DNA of 61,757 bases, filler included. It is 4 parts of 4 records of this genome, joined end to end, with 100 filler letters (N's around TTAATTAATTAA, not from the genome) between each part and the next. Parts side by side here need not be neighbours in the genome. Positions count along the whole stretch, not along the records: positions 28,271 to 40,802 come from SRR20825006_613; 3 more parts are not named here. One strand, written 5' to 3'. Under the pieces are notes generated by a model. The model saw only the letters and a program-made list of their open reading frames with translations, searched no databases and had not been told where the DNA came from. Positions 29,489 to 39,892 of this stretch are shown here, piece by piece. Position 1 is the first letter of the stretch; every line of letters starts with the position of its first letter. The position numbers and the translations under genes were made by a program.

Positions 29489-30052
29489 ATGAAACTGAAT
29501 ATCGGCAGCGGCTTCAGAAAAATGGATGGCTATATTAATGTCGATAACTTCGAAGAGTGCAAACCAGATGTCTTAATGAACCTTGAAGAGACGCCATGGT
29601 CTTTTGAAAGCAATTCCGTTTCTGAAATAACGGCGATACACGTCCTTGAACACCTTGGCGAACAAAGGGATGTTTTTTTTAATATTATAAAAGAAATTTA
29701 CCGCGTATTGAAAAATGACGGGATAATTAAAATTTCCGTCCCTTTCTATATGCACCCTACTTTCTACACAGACCCGACACATGTCCGATCCTTCACATCC
29801 GGCACCTTTAAGATGCTCAGTAAAAAAGTGAACCAGGACTGGATGGATCGCAACGTCAACGCGACGATGCTCGCCTTTATGCTTGATGTTGATTTTGATT
29901 TAATAAACGTATCCTACAAGTACGATCCAGTTTGGGATAACAAACTGAAAAACAATGAAATTTCGCAAGAAGAAATCATTCAGGCGGCCCAGGAAAAATG
30001 GGGCGTCGTTCAGGAACTGAATGTCATTTTAAGAGCTTGCAAGGAAGCATAA
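29489..30052 (+). CDS. Class I SAM-dependent methyltransferase (AT-rich)
   Basis: KLNIGSG, GYINVD, HVLEHL, EIYRVLK, DPTH. Confidence 0.8.
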   Translation: MKLNIGSGFRKMDGYINVDNFEECKPDVLMNLEETPWSFESNSVSEITAIHVLEHLGEQRDVFFNIIKEIYRVLKNDGIIKISVPFYMHPTFYTDPTHVRSFTSGTFKMLSKKVNQDWMDRNVNATMLAFMLDVDFDLINVSYKYDPVWDNKLKNNEISQEEIIQAAQEKWGVVQELNVILRACKEA

Positions 30053-30098
30053 AAAGCCCCTCGAACACCCGCCCGAGTTACTGAAATCGGCGCCCTTC

Positions 30099-31490
30099 TT
30101 AGCTCCTGAAAGCTCCCGGCTCAAACGCAGCCAGCTCACGCAAGATCTGCGGCCAGGCGCGCAATCCCATGGGAACGGATTCCAGGCGGAAGAATTCGTT
30201 CGGTGCATGCACCGGCTCGTCCGGCAGGTTGAAGCCGAACATGAGTGTGTCCATCCCCATCATTTCCTTGAAAATCGATGTAATCGGCACACTCGCGCCA
30301 AGCCGGACATGGATAGGCTGCTGCCCGCTCTCCCGCAGCAAAACGGTCTCCGCCGCCTGGACCAATGGATGATCCGGCGCCAGGGTGGAAGCCGGTGAGC
30401 CCGCACCGACCCGGTCAAAGCTCAGACTTACGTCTTCCGGACAGCGGGCCTCAAGATGCGCCACGACAGCATCCGCAACCCGTTTCGGATCCTGGCCGGC
30501 GGCAACCCGGATGCTGATCTTGGCGTGAGCTTCCGACGGAATGATGGTCTTCGATCCGGCGCCCGTATACCCGCCCCACATGCCATTCACGTCCAGGCAG
30601 GGCCGCAGGGTGATGCGCTCGCGCATGGCAATGGCCGGATCGCCCGCCCCGGTTGCGCCGACCCCTTGCAGGAACGCAGCCTCGTCAAACGGAAACGCCG
30701 CAGTGTCCGCACGTTGCCGCGCGCTCGGCTGCTCCATGTCGGTATCGAAGCCGGAGACGGTTACCCGTCCCTCGCTGTCATGCAGGCAGGCAATCAACAT
30801 CGCCATTTCATGCAGGGCATTACGAACCGCTCCGCCATAGCGGCCGGAATGCAGATCACCGTCAGCGGTCCGCAGGGTAAATTCCAGACCGTTGGTGCCG
30901 CGGGCACCGGTATTGATCGTCGGCACCTCCCGGCTCGCCCGCCCGCCATCGGCAGAGAGCACAGCGTCTGCGGACAGCACATCGCGATACCGCTCTATCA
31001 GGTTGCGCAGGCTTGGGCTGCCGGTCTCTTCCTCCCCTTCGAGGAAGAACTTGATATTGATCGGACAACACCCTTCGACGGCCAGCAGAGACGCCACGGC
31101 CTCAATGGCGATGATGGTCGAGCCTTTCACATCCGAAGCCCCGCGGGCATAGAGCTTGCCGTCGCGAACCGTTGGCTCGAAGGGCGGCGTCACCCATTGG
31201 TCCAGAGGATCCGGAGGCTGCACATCATAGTGGCCATAGACCAGCAAGGTCGGCTTGCCCGGCGCATGCAGCCAGTCGCCATAAACTGCGGGCTGGCCGC
31301 CACCATCGAGCAACTGCACATTCTCCATCCCGATTGCCGTCAGCTTTTCGGAAAGGAAGGCGCGCGCATCGGCCATGCCCTGGGCAAAGGCCGGATCTGC
31401 GCTGACGCTCGGCATGCGCAGCAATGCATTCAAATCTTGAAGAATGTCGTCCTGACGGGAAAGCAGATGGTCGATGACAGGGTCGCTCAT
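30099..31490 (-). CDS. M20/M25/M40 family dipeptidase
   Basis: YGHYDVQPPDP, ARGASDVKG, EGEEETGS, DLHSG, VHAPNE; start MSDPV. Confidence 0.92.
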   Translation of the reverse strand: MSDPVIDHLLSRQDDILQDLNALLRMPSVSADPAFAQGMADARAFLSEKLTAIGMENVQLLDGGGQPAVYGDWLHAPGKPTLLVYGHYDVQPPDPLDQWVTPPFEPTVRDGKLYARGASDVKGSTIIAIEAVASLLAVEGCCPINIKFFLEGEEETGSPSLRNLIERYRDVLSADAVLSADGGRASREVPTINTGARGTNGLEFTLRTADGDLHSGRYGGAVRNALHEMAMLIACLHDSEGRVTVSGFDTDMEQPSARQRADTAAFPFDEAAFLQGVGATGAGDPAIAMRERITLRPCLDVNGMWGGYTGAGSKTIIPSEAHAKISIRVAAGQDPKRVADAVVAHLEARCPEDVSLSFDRVGAGSPASTLAPDHPLVQAAETVLLRESGQQPIHVRLGASVPITSIFKEMMGMDTLMFGFNLPDEPVHAPNEFFRLESVPMGLRAWPQILRELAAFEPGAFRS

Positions 31491-31640
31491 GGGAATCCGG
31501 TTAAAGCTAAGGCTGCGGAACGGCAGGCATGCGGAAAGGCACATGCGCGGCCGAAACAGGGATATTTCATGTCAATGATCGCCCGCAGCGGGGCAAAGAA
31601 AGGAAGCAGTACAGTAAAGAGCAGCGAACAAGCTGTCTAT

Positions 31641-31674
31641 CGATCAGCAGAGAATGGGCGATCAGCAGAGAATG
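31641..31674. repeat. Tandem direct repeat (2 x 16 bp, period 18)
   Basis: CGATCAGCAGAGAATG at 31641-31656 and 31659-31674. Confidence 0.85.
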
Positions 31675-31681
31675 CGAAACT

Positions 31682-32404
31682 TTAGTCCGCCGCGTCCATC
31701 ACTGCACGCGGGTAGCCGCCAAGACCGAGCCAGTCGAGCGTCGCCCTGCCCCACCGGTCGATACTCTCGCCAAACATCTCGAAGCCCTTGATATGAGCTT
31801 CTTTCGGCTGTGCGCCGGGGATCTCCATCCGGTGCGCGGCGCCTGCGGTCCAACGCTGGATCATTTCCAGCGTGATCTCCGGGTGGAACTGGATGCCAAG
31901 CTTGTTGCCGCCATAAAGATAGGCCTGATTCGGAAAGCGGGTTCCCGTGGCCAGCAGGCTGGCGCCGTCAGGGACGTCAAAGCCTTCCTTGTGCCACTGA
32001 TAGAAGTGCTCGGAATGCTCAAAATAGGGGCGGCCAAGATCCGTCGGATGGATCTTGGTGTAGCCGACTTCCACATTTCCCTGATCGTGCAGATAGACCT
32101 GCGCACCAAGCGCCCTGGCCAGAAGCTGGCCACCAAGGCAGATACCGAAAAACGGGGTATCGGACGCCAGCACCGTGTCCATGAACCTGAGCTCGGTCCG
32201 GATGCCGTCCAGATGCTCATCATTGGCGCTCATCGGGCCGCCGAACACCACCACGCCGGCATGATCGTCAAGTGTTTCCGGCAGCTCATGCCCGATCATC
32301 GGGCAGCGCCGGTCCAGCGTGTATCCACGTTCTTCCAGCAGTACGCCGACATGACCCGAGACGGATGTTTTCTGGTGTACGACGATCAGAACCTTGGAAG
32401 TCAC
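31682..32404 (-). CDS. Class I glutamine amidotransferase-like protein
   Basis: GGPMS, GICLGGQLL (nucleophile Cys), QWH, QFHPE; GTG start 7 nt after upstream stop. Confidence 0.88.
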   Translation of the reverse strand: MTSKVLIVVHQKTSVSGHVGVLLEERGYTLDRRCPMIGHELPETLDDHAGVVVFGGPMSANDEHLDGIRTELRFMDTVLASDTPFFGICLGGQLLARALGAQVYLHDQGNVEVGYTKIHPTDLGRPYFEHSEHFYQWHKEGFDVPDGASLLATGTRFPNQAYLYGGNKLGIQFHPEITLEMIQRWTAGAAHRMEIPGAQPKEAHIKGFEMFGESIDRWGRATLDWLGLGGYPRAVMDAAD

Positions 32405-32411
32405 GGCTGCC

Positions 32412-33593
32412 CTATCTGGTTTTGTCCAACAGGAATTCGCGGCCGACTTTGACGCGCTCTTCGCCATCGTAGCGCACGATGTCAGCGGTCGCATAGGTCT
32501 CGCTCCATTTCTCAGGGAGATAGGAGCCCGTGCCGATCACATCAATCGGGGCATCGGCAAGCGCCATCACCCGGCATTTCTCCGGGGAGAATCCGCTGGA
32601 GGCAACGATCTTCACCGCCTTGAAGCCGTCCCGGTCAAGCCGTTCGCGCATATGCCAGATCGCGGCCGCCGAAACGCCGGTGCCGATCAGATAGCGCAGC
32701 TCGTTGTCGGTCCGGTAGCCCCGGATCGCCTGCGGCGCCGTCCGGTCCAGCACCTGATAGGACATGCCGATATCCATGCCCTCGACATAGCGCCCGCCAT
32801 GGGTATCGAGCCGCACCGCCACCTTGCCCGCAGCCGCCAGTTCCGGGAATCGCCGGCAGACCGCCAGCGCGTCGGTGAATTCCTGGCCGAAATAATCCAC
32901 CAGAACCGTCAGGTTCTCTTCCGGATGGGTCTCGTTGAACATCTCAGCCGCGCGGACGGTCGAGCCAGCATAGCCGATCAGGGCATGCGGCATGGTGCCA
33001 TAGCCCCGGTCCTTGGCGAAGAAATGCGCCGTCTCGTCCGAAGCATTACCGATGAACCCGACCGCGCCCAGCTTGCGCTGCGCCTTGGCGGAGCCGACGC
33101 TGGCACCATAGGCCATCATCTCCGCCATTTCGGTTCCGGCACAGTGCCGGGCATCCATGGCAAGAAAGGCGGTTTTCGGCATCTCCGCGCACATCACGTA
33201 GGAATTATACGCGGCAACGCAGCAGGCACCGAGCTTCTGCAGGAACTGGGTTTCCAGATCGATCAGGTGATAGAGCGAGCCGGAAACATACATGATCGGC
33301 TCGCCTGCCCCGACCCAGGAGCCTTCCTTCTGCATCAGGTCGACCTTGAGCTCGACACCGCGCGCCTTGGCCATCCGGTCAAGCCATTGCATGGCAAGCC
33401 GGGGCGCCGATGTCACCGGGCGCCGCATGAAAACGGCATAGGTGACATCAACATCGCCAAACTTCGCGACCACCTCCTTTGTGCGGAGGAAATATTTGTC
33501 AACGAAGCGCGGCAGATCGGATTCCGCCGGATGGCTTACCGTCCGGGGCGTTTCGTCCGGTGTCAGCGACGCAATACCTTCAGAGCCGTCCAT
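32412..33593 (-). CDS. Nicotinate phosphoribosyltransferase-like (type II PRTase)
   Basis: DKYF, ET, MDARHC, GTMPHALI, LVDYF, VRLDTHG, IVASSG, GTGS. Confidence 0.8.
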   Translation of the reverse strand: MDGSEGIASLTPDETPRTVSHPAESDLPRFVDKYFLRTKEVVAKFGDVDVTYAVFMRRPVTSAPRLAMQWLDRMAKARGVELKVDLMQKEGSWVGAGEPIMYVSGSLYHLIDLETQFLQKLGACCVAAYNSYVMCAEMPKTAFLAMDARHCAGTEMAEMMAYGASVGSAKAQRKLGAVGFIGNASDETAHFFAKDRGYGTMPHALIGYAGSTVRAAEMFNETHPEENLTVLVDYFGQEFTDALAVCRRFPELAAAGKVAVRLDTHGGRYVEGMDIGMSYQVLDRTAPQAIRGYRTDNELRYLIGTGVSAAAIWHMRERLDRDGFKAVKIVASSGFSPEKCRVMALADAPIDVIGTGSYLPEKWSETYATADIVRYDGEERVKVGREFLLDKTR

Positions 33594-33617
33594 GAGCCCC
33601 AATCCCACTCAGCCTTG

Positions 33618-35009
33618 TCAGGAAGCAGCAGCCATGCTGGCCGTACCGCCGTTCACACGGCTCTGCTTCATCATATCCGCAATCAGGAAAGCAAGCTCCA
33701 GAGATTGAGATGCATTCAGACGCGGGTCGCAATGCGTGTGATAACGATCAGCCAAAGCATCGTCCGTGATCGCCTGGGCGCCGCCGATACATTCGGTGAC
33801 GTCCTGCCCTGTCAGCTCGAAATGCACGCCGCCAGCATGGGTGCCTTCGGCCTGGTGCACCTCGAAGAATTCCTTCACCTCGCCCAGGATCCTGTCGAAC
33901 GGCCGGGTCTTGTAGCCGCTGGAGGCCTTGATCGTGTTGCCATGCATCGGATCACAGGACCAGACCACGTTCTTGCCCTCGCGCTCAACGGCACGAATGA
34001 AGCGCGGCAGATGCTTGTCCACCTCTCCCGCACCGACACGCACGATCATAGTCAGACGGCCCGGCTCGTTCTGCGGGTTCAGGACATCGACCAGCCGCAG
34101 CATATCGTCCGTGTCAAGGCTCGGACCGCACTTCATGCCAACCGGGTTGGAAATCCCCCGCAGATATTCGACATGCGCACCATCAAGCTGGCGGGTCCGG
34201 TCGCCAACCCAGAGCATATGCGCCGCTGTGTTGTACCAGCCGCCATGCGCTGTGATGGTGTCCTTACGGGTCAAGGACTGTTCATAGCCGAGTAGCAGAG
34301 CTTCATGGCTGGTGTAGAATTCAGTCTCGCGAAGCTGCTGGTTGTTCTCGGCTGTGATCCCGCAAGCGCGCATGAATTCCAGCGCCTCGTCGATGCGGGA
34401 AACGACGTTCTCGAAACGCGCGCCCTGCGGCGAGTTCTCGACGAAGCTGAGGGTCCAGCGATGGATCTGTTCCAGATTGGCAAAACCGCCCTGGGCGAAA
34501 GCGCGCAGCAGGTTCAGCGTCGAGGCCGACTGGTTATAGACCTTGAGCAACCGGTCCGGATCGGGAACACGGTCCGCTTCGGTGAACTCAATGCCATTGA
34601 CCATGTCGCCGCGATAGCTCGGCAGTTCCACACCGTCGATCGTCTCCACGTCGGACGAGCGCGGCTTGGCGAACTGACCGGCAAGCCGGCCGACCTTCAC
34701 GATCGGCATACCCGCTCCGAAAGTCAGTACCACCGCCATCTGCAGCAGCACCCGGAAGGTGTCGCGGATGTTGTTCGGAGAGAATTCGGCAAAGCTCTCG
34801 GCACAATCCCCGCCCTGCAGCAGGAACGCCTCACCCTTCGCCACCCGGCCAAGAGAGGCCTTCAAACGCTGCGCTTCCCCTGCAAAAACCAGGGTCGGAT
34901 AACCGCTCAGTTCTTTCTCGACAGCCGCGACACGGGCCGCGTCCGGATAGGACGGAACTTGCTTGATCGGTTTACCGCGCCAGCTGTCGGGGCTCCATGT
35001 GCCGGACAT
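33618..35009 (-). CDS. Class II DAHP synthase
   Basis: [40 protein letters not shown]. Confidence 0.97.
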   Translation of the reverse strand: MSGTWSPDSWRGKPIKQVPSYPDAARVAAVEKELSGYPTLVFAGEAQRLKASLGRVAKGEAFLLQGGDCAESFAEFSPNNIRDTFRVLLQMAVVLTFGAGMPIVKVGRLAGQFAKPRSSDVETIDGVELPSYRGDMVNGIEFTEADRVPDPDRLLKVYNQSASTLNLLRAFAQGGFANLEQIHRWTLSFVENSPQGARFENVVSRIDEALEFMRACGITAENNQQLRETEFYTSHEALLLGYEQSLTRKDTITAHGGWYNTAAHMLWVGDRTRQLDGAHVEYLRGISNPVGMKCGPSLDTDDMLRLVDVLNPQNEPGRLTMIVRVGAGEVDKHLPRFIRAVEREGKNVVWSCDPMHGNTIKASSGYKTRPFDRILGEVKEFFEVHQAEGTHAGGVHFELTGQDVTECIGGAQAITDDALADRYHTHCDPRLNASQSLELAFLIADMMKQSRVNGGTASMAAAS

Positions 35010-35190
35010 TGCTGTTCTCCCAAGGTTCGAAATTGCCGCTTTCCTGCCGATTTTGGCGGGTGCGGACAGGTTTTGTATCAGCGGTTTTCCGCGAATACCA
35101 GTGCGAGTACAGACTAGCAGCGCATTACAACCGCCTCGGCGTCAACCCGTCAGAGAGAAAGCCATTGCACCGAGGCCGTAAAGCGGCGGC

Positions 35191-36573
35191 TTATTCCGCC
35201 GCCTGACGCTCCGGCTCCGGCCGCTTCGTGCGCATGGTGACGAACTCTTCCGCCGCCGTCGGATGAATGCCGATGGTGGCATCGAACTCGGCCTTGGTCG
35301 CACCGGCCTTGATGGCGATACCGAGGCCCTGAATGATCTCCGGCGCGTCGAGGCCGACCATATGGGCACCGACCACCCGGTCGGACGCACGGTCGACAAT
35401 CAGTTTCTGCATGCCGCGCTCCGGATTGTCCGTCAGCGTGTATTTCATCGGCCGGAACCCGGCGACATAAACGTCGATCTCGCCATACTGGTCCCGCGCC
35501 TCGGCTTCCGTCAGGCCGACCGTGCCAATCGGCGGCTGGCTGAAGACGGCGCTTGGTACGTCCCGGTGATCGGCCTGCATCGGGCGATTGTTGAAGACCG
35601 TCTCGGCAAAGGAATGGCCTTCGGCGATGGCAACCGGGGTCAGGTTGATCCGGTCCGTCACGTCGCCGACGGCGTAGATGCTGGGCACGGAGGTCTGGGA
35701 CCACTCGTTCACCACGACAGCGCCGCCCTTGGTCAGCTCCACACCGGCTTCCGCGAGGCCGAGGCCCTTGGTGTTCGGGTGGCGTCCGGTGGCGTACATC
35801 ACTTCGTCGACTTCGAGTGTCGAGCCGTCGTTCAGATGCACCTTGTAGACATCGCCTGCCTTCTCGATCTTGTCCGGCAGCGTGCCCGGGTGCAGATGCA
35901 TGCCCTTCTTGGACATTTCCTCGGTCAGCGTGTCGCGCACATCCTCATCGAAACCGCGCATCACCTTGTCCGCGCGGTAGACCAGATGGGTCTCGGAGCC
36001 GAAGCTGTTGAAGATCCCGGCGAACTCGACTGCGATGAAGCCGGAGCCGACAATAACGATCCGGTCCGGGCGCTTCGGCAGTTCAAGCGCCTCGTTCGAG
36101 GTGATGGCGTGCTCCGCGCCCGGCACATCCGGCACACTCGGCCAGCCGCCGACCGCGATCAGGATGCGTTCCGCCGTATAGTGCTTGTCGCCCACCGCCA
36201 CTGTATGCGCGTCGACCAGCGTCCCGCGCCCGTGGATGCGTGTGGCTCCGGCATTTTCCAACAAGCTGACATAGATGCCGTGCAGCCGGTCCAGTTCCTT
36301 TTCCTTGGCGGCGATCATGGCCGGCCAGTCGTGACGCACATTGTCCGCGGACCAGCCGTAGCCGGCACCATCCTGCATGTCGTGACCGAAATGGGAGCCA
36401 TAGACAAAAAGTTTCTTCGGCACGCAGCCGCGCAGCACGCAGGTGCCGCCTTCGCGCACTTCCTCGATTACCGCAACCTTCGCGCCAAAACCGGCGGCCA
36501 GCCGGCTTGCCCGCACACCGCCGGAGCCGGCACCAATGGTAATCAGGTCAAAATCATAGTCGGACACGGGCAC
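35191..36573 (-). CDS. gor: Glutathione-disulfide reductase
   Basis: GAGSGG, GGTCVLRGCVPKK, LTPVA, IHPTAAEEFV. Confidence 0.96.
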   Translation of the reverse strand: MPVSDYDFDLITIGAGSGGVRASRLAAGFGAKVAVIEEVREGGTCVLRGCVPKKLFVYGSHFGHDMQDGAGYGWSADNVRHDWPAMIAAKEKELDRLHGIYVSLLENAGATRIHGRGTLVDAHTVAVGDKHYTAERILIAVGGWPSVPDVPGAEHAITSNEALELPKRPDRIVIVGSGFIAVEFAGIFNSFGSETHLVYRADKVMRGFDEDVRDTLTEEMSKKGMHLHPGTLPDKIEKAGDVYKVHLNDGSTLEVDEVMYATGRHPNTKGLGLAEAGVELTKGGAVVVNEWSQTSVPSIYAVGDVTDRINLTPVAIAEGHSFAETVFNNRPMQADHRDVPSAVFSQPPIGTVGLTEAEARDQYGEIDVYVAGFRPMKYTLTDNPERGMQKLIVDRASDRVVGAHMVGLDAPEIIQGLGIAIKAGATKAEFDATIGIHPTAAEEFVTMRTKRPEPERQAAE

Positions 36574-36807
36574 GCTCCATGGGTCGGATCGGATTTCAGG
36601 ACACGGTTAATCTGTTGCTGATCAGATAGGAACGCAATTGATGCCTGTCCACCACAAGACAGTCAACGAAGCGGAGCCTAATCACGCCGAATACGATGCT
36701 CATTGCTCCCGCCTCTGCGGCTATTTGCCTATGCAGGGGCGTTTTACCCGGCCGTGGCAGGACGCTAAAGTGGCCGTGCTTCACCGCATTTCCGAAAGGC
36801 CCGCCTG

Positions 36808-38196
36808 ATGAGTGGAATAACGCGCCGCGATCTTCTTGTCGGCTCCGCCGCGGTTCTTGCCAGCCCCGCTATCGCCGGGATTGCCGCACACCGGACCTTT
36901 GCCGCCGTCGATCAGTCCATCGAGATGCACCGCGTCAGCCACGAGATCGTCAAGAGCATGCCGACCCCGGGAATGATGAGTTTCTCGGCAGACGGGCCAC
37001 CACCGGTCATCCGGATGCGTCAGGGAGAGACCACCGCCATCGAGGTCCGCAACAGGCTGGACGAGGCTTCCACGGTGCATTGGCACGGTCTCAGGATCGA
37101 CAATGCGATGGACGGCGTCCCCTACCTGACCCAATCCCCCATCGAGGCCGGTGAGAGTTTTCGCTACCGCTTCACACCGCCGGATGCCGGGACCTTCTGG
37201 TATCATCCCCATTGCAACACGCTGGAGCAGATGGCCCGGGGCATGACGGGCGTTCTGGTGGTCGAGGATTCGGAAGATCCGGGCTTCGATCAGGATCTGC
37301 CCCTCAATATCCGGGACTTCCGGATCGGCAGCAAAGGCCAGTTCCTGCAGTTCTACAAAGCTCGCAACACGGCGCGCGGCGGGACGCTCGGGACCATTTC
37401 GACGGTCAACTGGCGGATCGATCCGGCATATGACCTGCCTGCGGGATCGCTGATCCGGTTGCGGCTCGCCGTGACGGACCTGACACGTGTCGGGCATTAC
37501 ACCCTGACCGGTGGCGAAGCGCATGTCATCGCGCTGGATTCCAATCCGGTCCCCGCGCCGATGCCGGTCGATGAAATCATCATGGGGCCGGGCCAGAGAG
37601 CGGATATCGCGCTCAAAATGCCGGACAATGAAGGGGAGCAGGTGGAGCTGATCCTGCGCAAGCCGTCCGGCGATGTCCGCATCGCCTCATTCCGGGCGAC
37701 AGGCCAGAGCGCACACCGCCAGCTTGCCGAGCTGAAACCGCTTGCACCGAACCCGATCCCCGAGCCGGATCTGGCGAATGCGGAAACGCTCGAGTTCGTT
37801 TTCGGCTGGTCCCCTGCGGGAGATGCCCCTGCCAATCCGATCTGCGGCAATCTCGGCTATCTTTTCTGGTCCATCAACCGCATCGCCTGGCAGGGAGATT
37901 TCCCCGATCCGACCGCGCCGCTTGCCGTCATGAAGCCGGGGAAGAGCTACATCCTGCGCCTGCGCAACGAGACGCCGTACGAGCATCCCATCCACCTGCA
38001 TGGCCTGACATTCCGGCTACTTCGCTCGAACAAGCGCCAGATCCCGCCCCTGCTGACCGATACCGCCCTGCTGCAGGCCGAGGAGACCATGGAAGTGGCT
38101 CTGGTCGCGGATAATCCGGGCGACTGGGCCTTCCACTGCCATGTCATCGAACATCAGAAAACCGGACTGACCGGCTTCCTGCGCGTCGAAGCCTGA
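36808..38196 (+). CDS. Tat-exported multicopper oxidase (CumA-like)
   Basis: TRRDLL Tat motif; HWHG, WYHPH, HPIHLHG, HCHVIEH. Confidence 0.93.
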   Translation: MSGITRRDLLVGSAAVLASPAIAGIAAHRTFAAVDQSIEMHRVSHEIVKSMPTPGMMSFSADGPPPVIRMRQGETTAIEVRNRLDEASTVHWHGLRIDNAMDGVPYLTQSPIEAGESFRYRFTPPDAGTFWYHPHCNTLEQMARGMTGVLVVEDSEDPGFDQDLPLNIRDFRIGSKGQFLQFYKARNTARGGTLGTISTVNWRIDPAYDLPAGSLIRLRLAVTDLTRVGHYTLTGGEAHVIALDSNPVPAPMPVDEIIMGPGQRADIALKMPDNEGEQVELILRKPSGDVRIASFRATGQSAHRQLAELKPLAPNPIPEPDLANAETLEFVFGWSPAGDAPANPICGNLGYLFWSINRIAWQGDFPDPTAPLAVMKPGKSYILRLRNETPYEHPIHLHGLTFRLLRSNKRQIPPLLTDTALLQAEETMEVALVADNPGDWAFHCHVIEHQKTGLTGFLRVEA

Positions 38197-38217
38197 GCCA
38201 CACCGGCAGGGCAAACA

Positions 38218-38245
38218 GAAAAGGCGGCCCAACGGCCGCCTTTTC
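38218..38245. terminator. Bidirectional terminator between convergent genes
   Basis: GAAAAGGCGGCC-CAAC-GGCCGCCTTTTC. Confidence 0.85.
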
Positions 38246-38263
38246 CGCAGTCATCCGGATGGA

Positions 38264-39736
38264 TCAGCCGTTAAGGCCGCCCATCAGCAGGTATTTGAGC
38301 TCGAGATAGTCATCGAGACCGTATTTCGAGCCTTCGCGGCCAAGACCGGATTCCTTCACGCCACCGAACGGCGCGACTTCAGAGGACAAGATGCCCTCAT
38401 TGATCGCGACCATGCCGTATTCAAGCGCTTCAGCAACACGCCAGACCCGGCCGAGATCGCGGGCATAGAAGTAGGAAGCAAGGCCGAACTCGGTATCGTT
38501 GGCCAGCTCGATCACCTCTTCTTCCGTCTTGAAACGGAAGAGCGGGGCTACCGGGCCGAAGGTTTCCTCACGGAAAATCGCCATGTCGCGGGTCGCTTCG
38601 GTCAGCACGGTCGGCTCATAGAACAGCGCGCCGATATTGCTGCGGGCACCGCCGGCGGCAACCTTCGCGCCCTTGGCAACCGCGTCCTGAACATGCTCCT
38701 CGACCTTGTCGACGGCAGCTGCTTCGATCAGCGGGCCGACCGTGACACCATCATCGAAACCGTTGCCCATCTTCATCGCTTTTGCCGCCGCCGCGAACTT
38801 CTTGGCGAACTCATCATAGATGCCGTCCTGCACGAAGATCCGGTTGGCACAGACGCAGGTCTGACCGGCGTTGCGGTATTTGCAGATGATCGCGCCTTTC
38901 ACGGCTTCATCGATATCCGCATCATCGAAGATGATCAGCGGCGCGTTGCCACCAAGCTCCATGGAGACTTTCTTCACCGTCGAAGCGGACTGCGCGATCA
39001 GCGTCTTGCCGACCTCGGTCGAGCCCGTGAAGGTGATCTTGCGGACCAGCTTGCTGTGGGTCAGCTCGTTGCCGATGGCGGACGAACTGGCACCGCAGAC
39101 GACGTTGAAGACACCTTTCGGAATGCCCGCGCGTTCCGCCAGAACGGCCAGTGCGATGGCCGAGAACGGCGTCATCTTCGCAGGCTTGGCGACGAAGGTG
39201 CAACCAGCCGCCAGGGCCGGAGCCGCCTTGCGCGTGATCATCGCGTTCGGGAAGTTCCATGGCGTGATCGAGCCGACGACGCCGACCGGCTGCTTCAGCA
39301 CGACAATGCGCTTGCCGTCTGCGGTATTCGGGATGATGTCGCCGTAAATCCGCTTCGCTTCCTCTGCATAGAACTCGACATAGGAGGCGCCGTAGGCGAT
39401 CTCGCCCATGGCTTCGGCAAGCGGCTTGCCCTGCTCGGCGGTCATGATGATGCCGAGGTCGCGCTGGTTCTCCATCATCAGGTCGAACCATTTGCGCAGT
39501 ATGGCGGAACGCTCCTTCGCCGTCTTGGCCCGCCAGGCTGGCCAGGCCGCATTCGCCGCCTCGATCGCGCGGCGCGTCTCGTCCGCCCCCATATCGGGGA
39601 TCGTGCCGACCACATCGCCCGTCGCCGGGTCCGTCACATCGACCCTGCCGCCACCATCGGCATCAACCCAGGCGCCGTCGATATAGCCCTGCTCGCAGAG
39701 CAGGGACGGATCGGAAAGTTTGCTTCTGATATCCAT
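38264..39736 (-). CDS. gabD: NAD(P)-dependent succinate-semialdehyde dehydrogenase
   Basis: ITPWNFP, FTGST, MELGGNAP, NAGQTCVCAN, EETFGP, GREGS; start MDIRS with GGAG. Confidence 0.88.
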   Translation of the reverse strand: MDIRSKLSDPSLLCEQGYIDGAWVDADGGGRVDVTDPATGDVVGTIPDMGADETRRAIEAANAAWPAWRAKTAKERSAILRKWFDLMMENQRDLGIIMTAEQGKPLAEAMGEIAYGASYVEFYAEEAKRIYGDIIPNTADGKRIVVLKQPVGVVGSITPWNFPNAMITRKAAPALAAGCTFVAKPAKMTPFSAIALAVLAERAGIPKGVFNVVCGASSSAIGNELTHSKLVRKITFTGSTEVGKTLIAQSASTVKKVSMELGGNAPLIIFDDADIDEAVKGAIICKYRNAGQTCVCANRIFVQDGIYDEFAKKFAAAAKAMKMGNGFDDGVTVGPLIEAAAVDKVEEHVQDAVAKGAKVAAGGARSNIGALFYEPTVLTEATRDMAIFREETFGPVAPLFRFKTEEEVIELANDTEFGLASYFYARDLGRVWRVAEALEYGMVAINEGILSSEVAPFGGVKESGLGREGSKYGLDDYLELKYLLMGGLNG

Positions 39737-39892
39737 TAGGGGGCTCCTTCCCTCTTTCACCCGGCACCTGTCAGCCGTTTCCGGCCGGACGGTGCCGGAC
39801 CATAAACCCCGGCGCTCCTTGAACAGGCACCGGGAAATCTTCAATCATTCAAGCTGGCATAGAGGCCAGCATTCAGGTTGGGCGGGTTGCTG

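Noticed and set aside
32394..34295. 633-aa ORF on the + strand
   Set aside because: Antisense shadow of the NAPRTase-like and DAHP synthase genes, expected with high-GC codon bias
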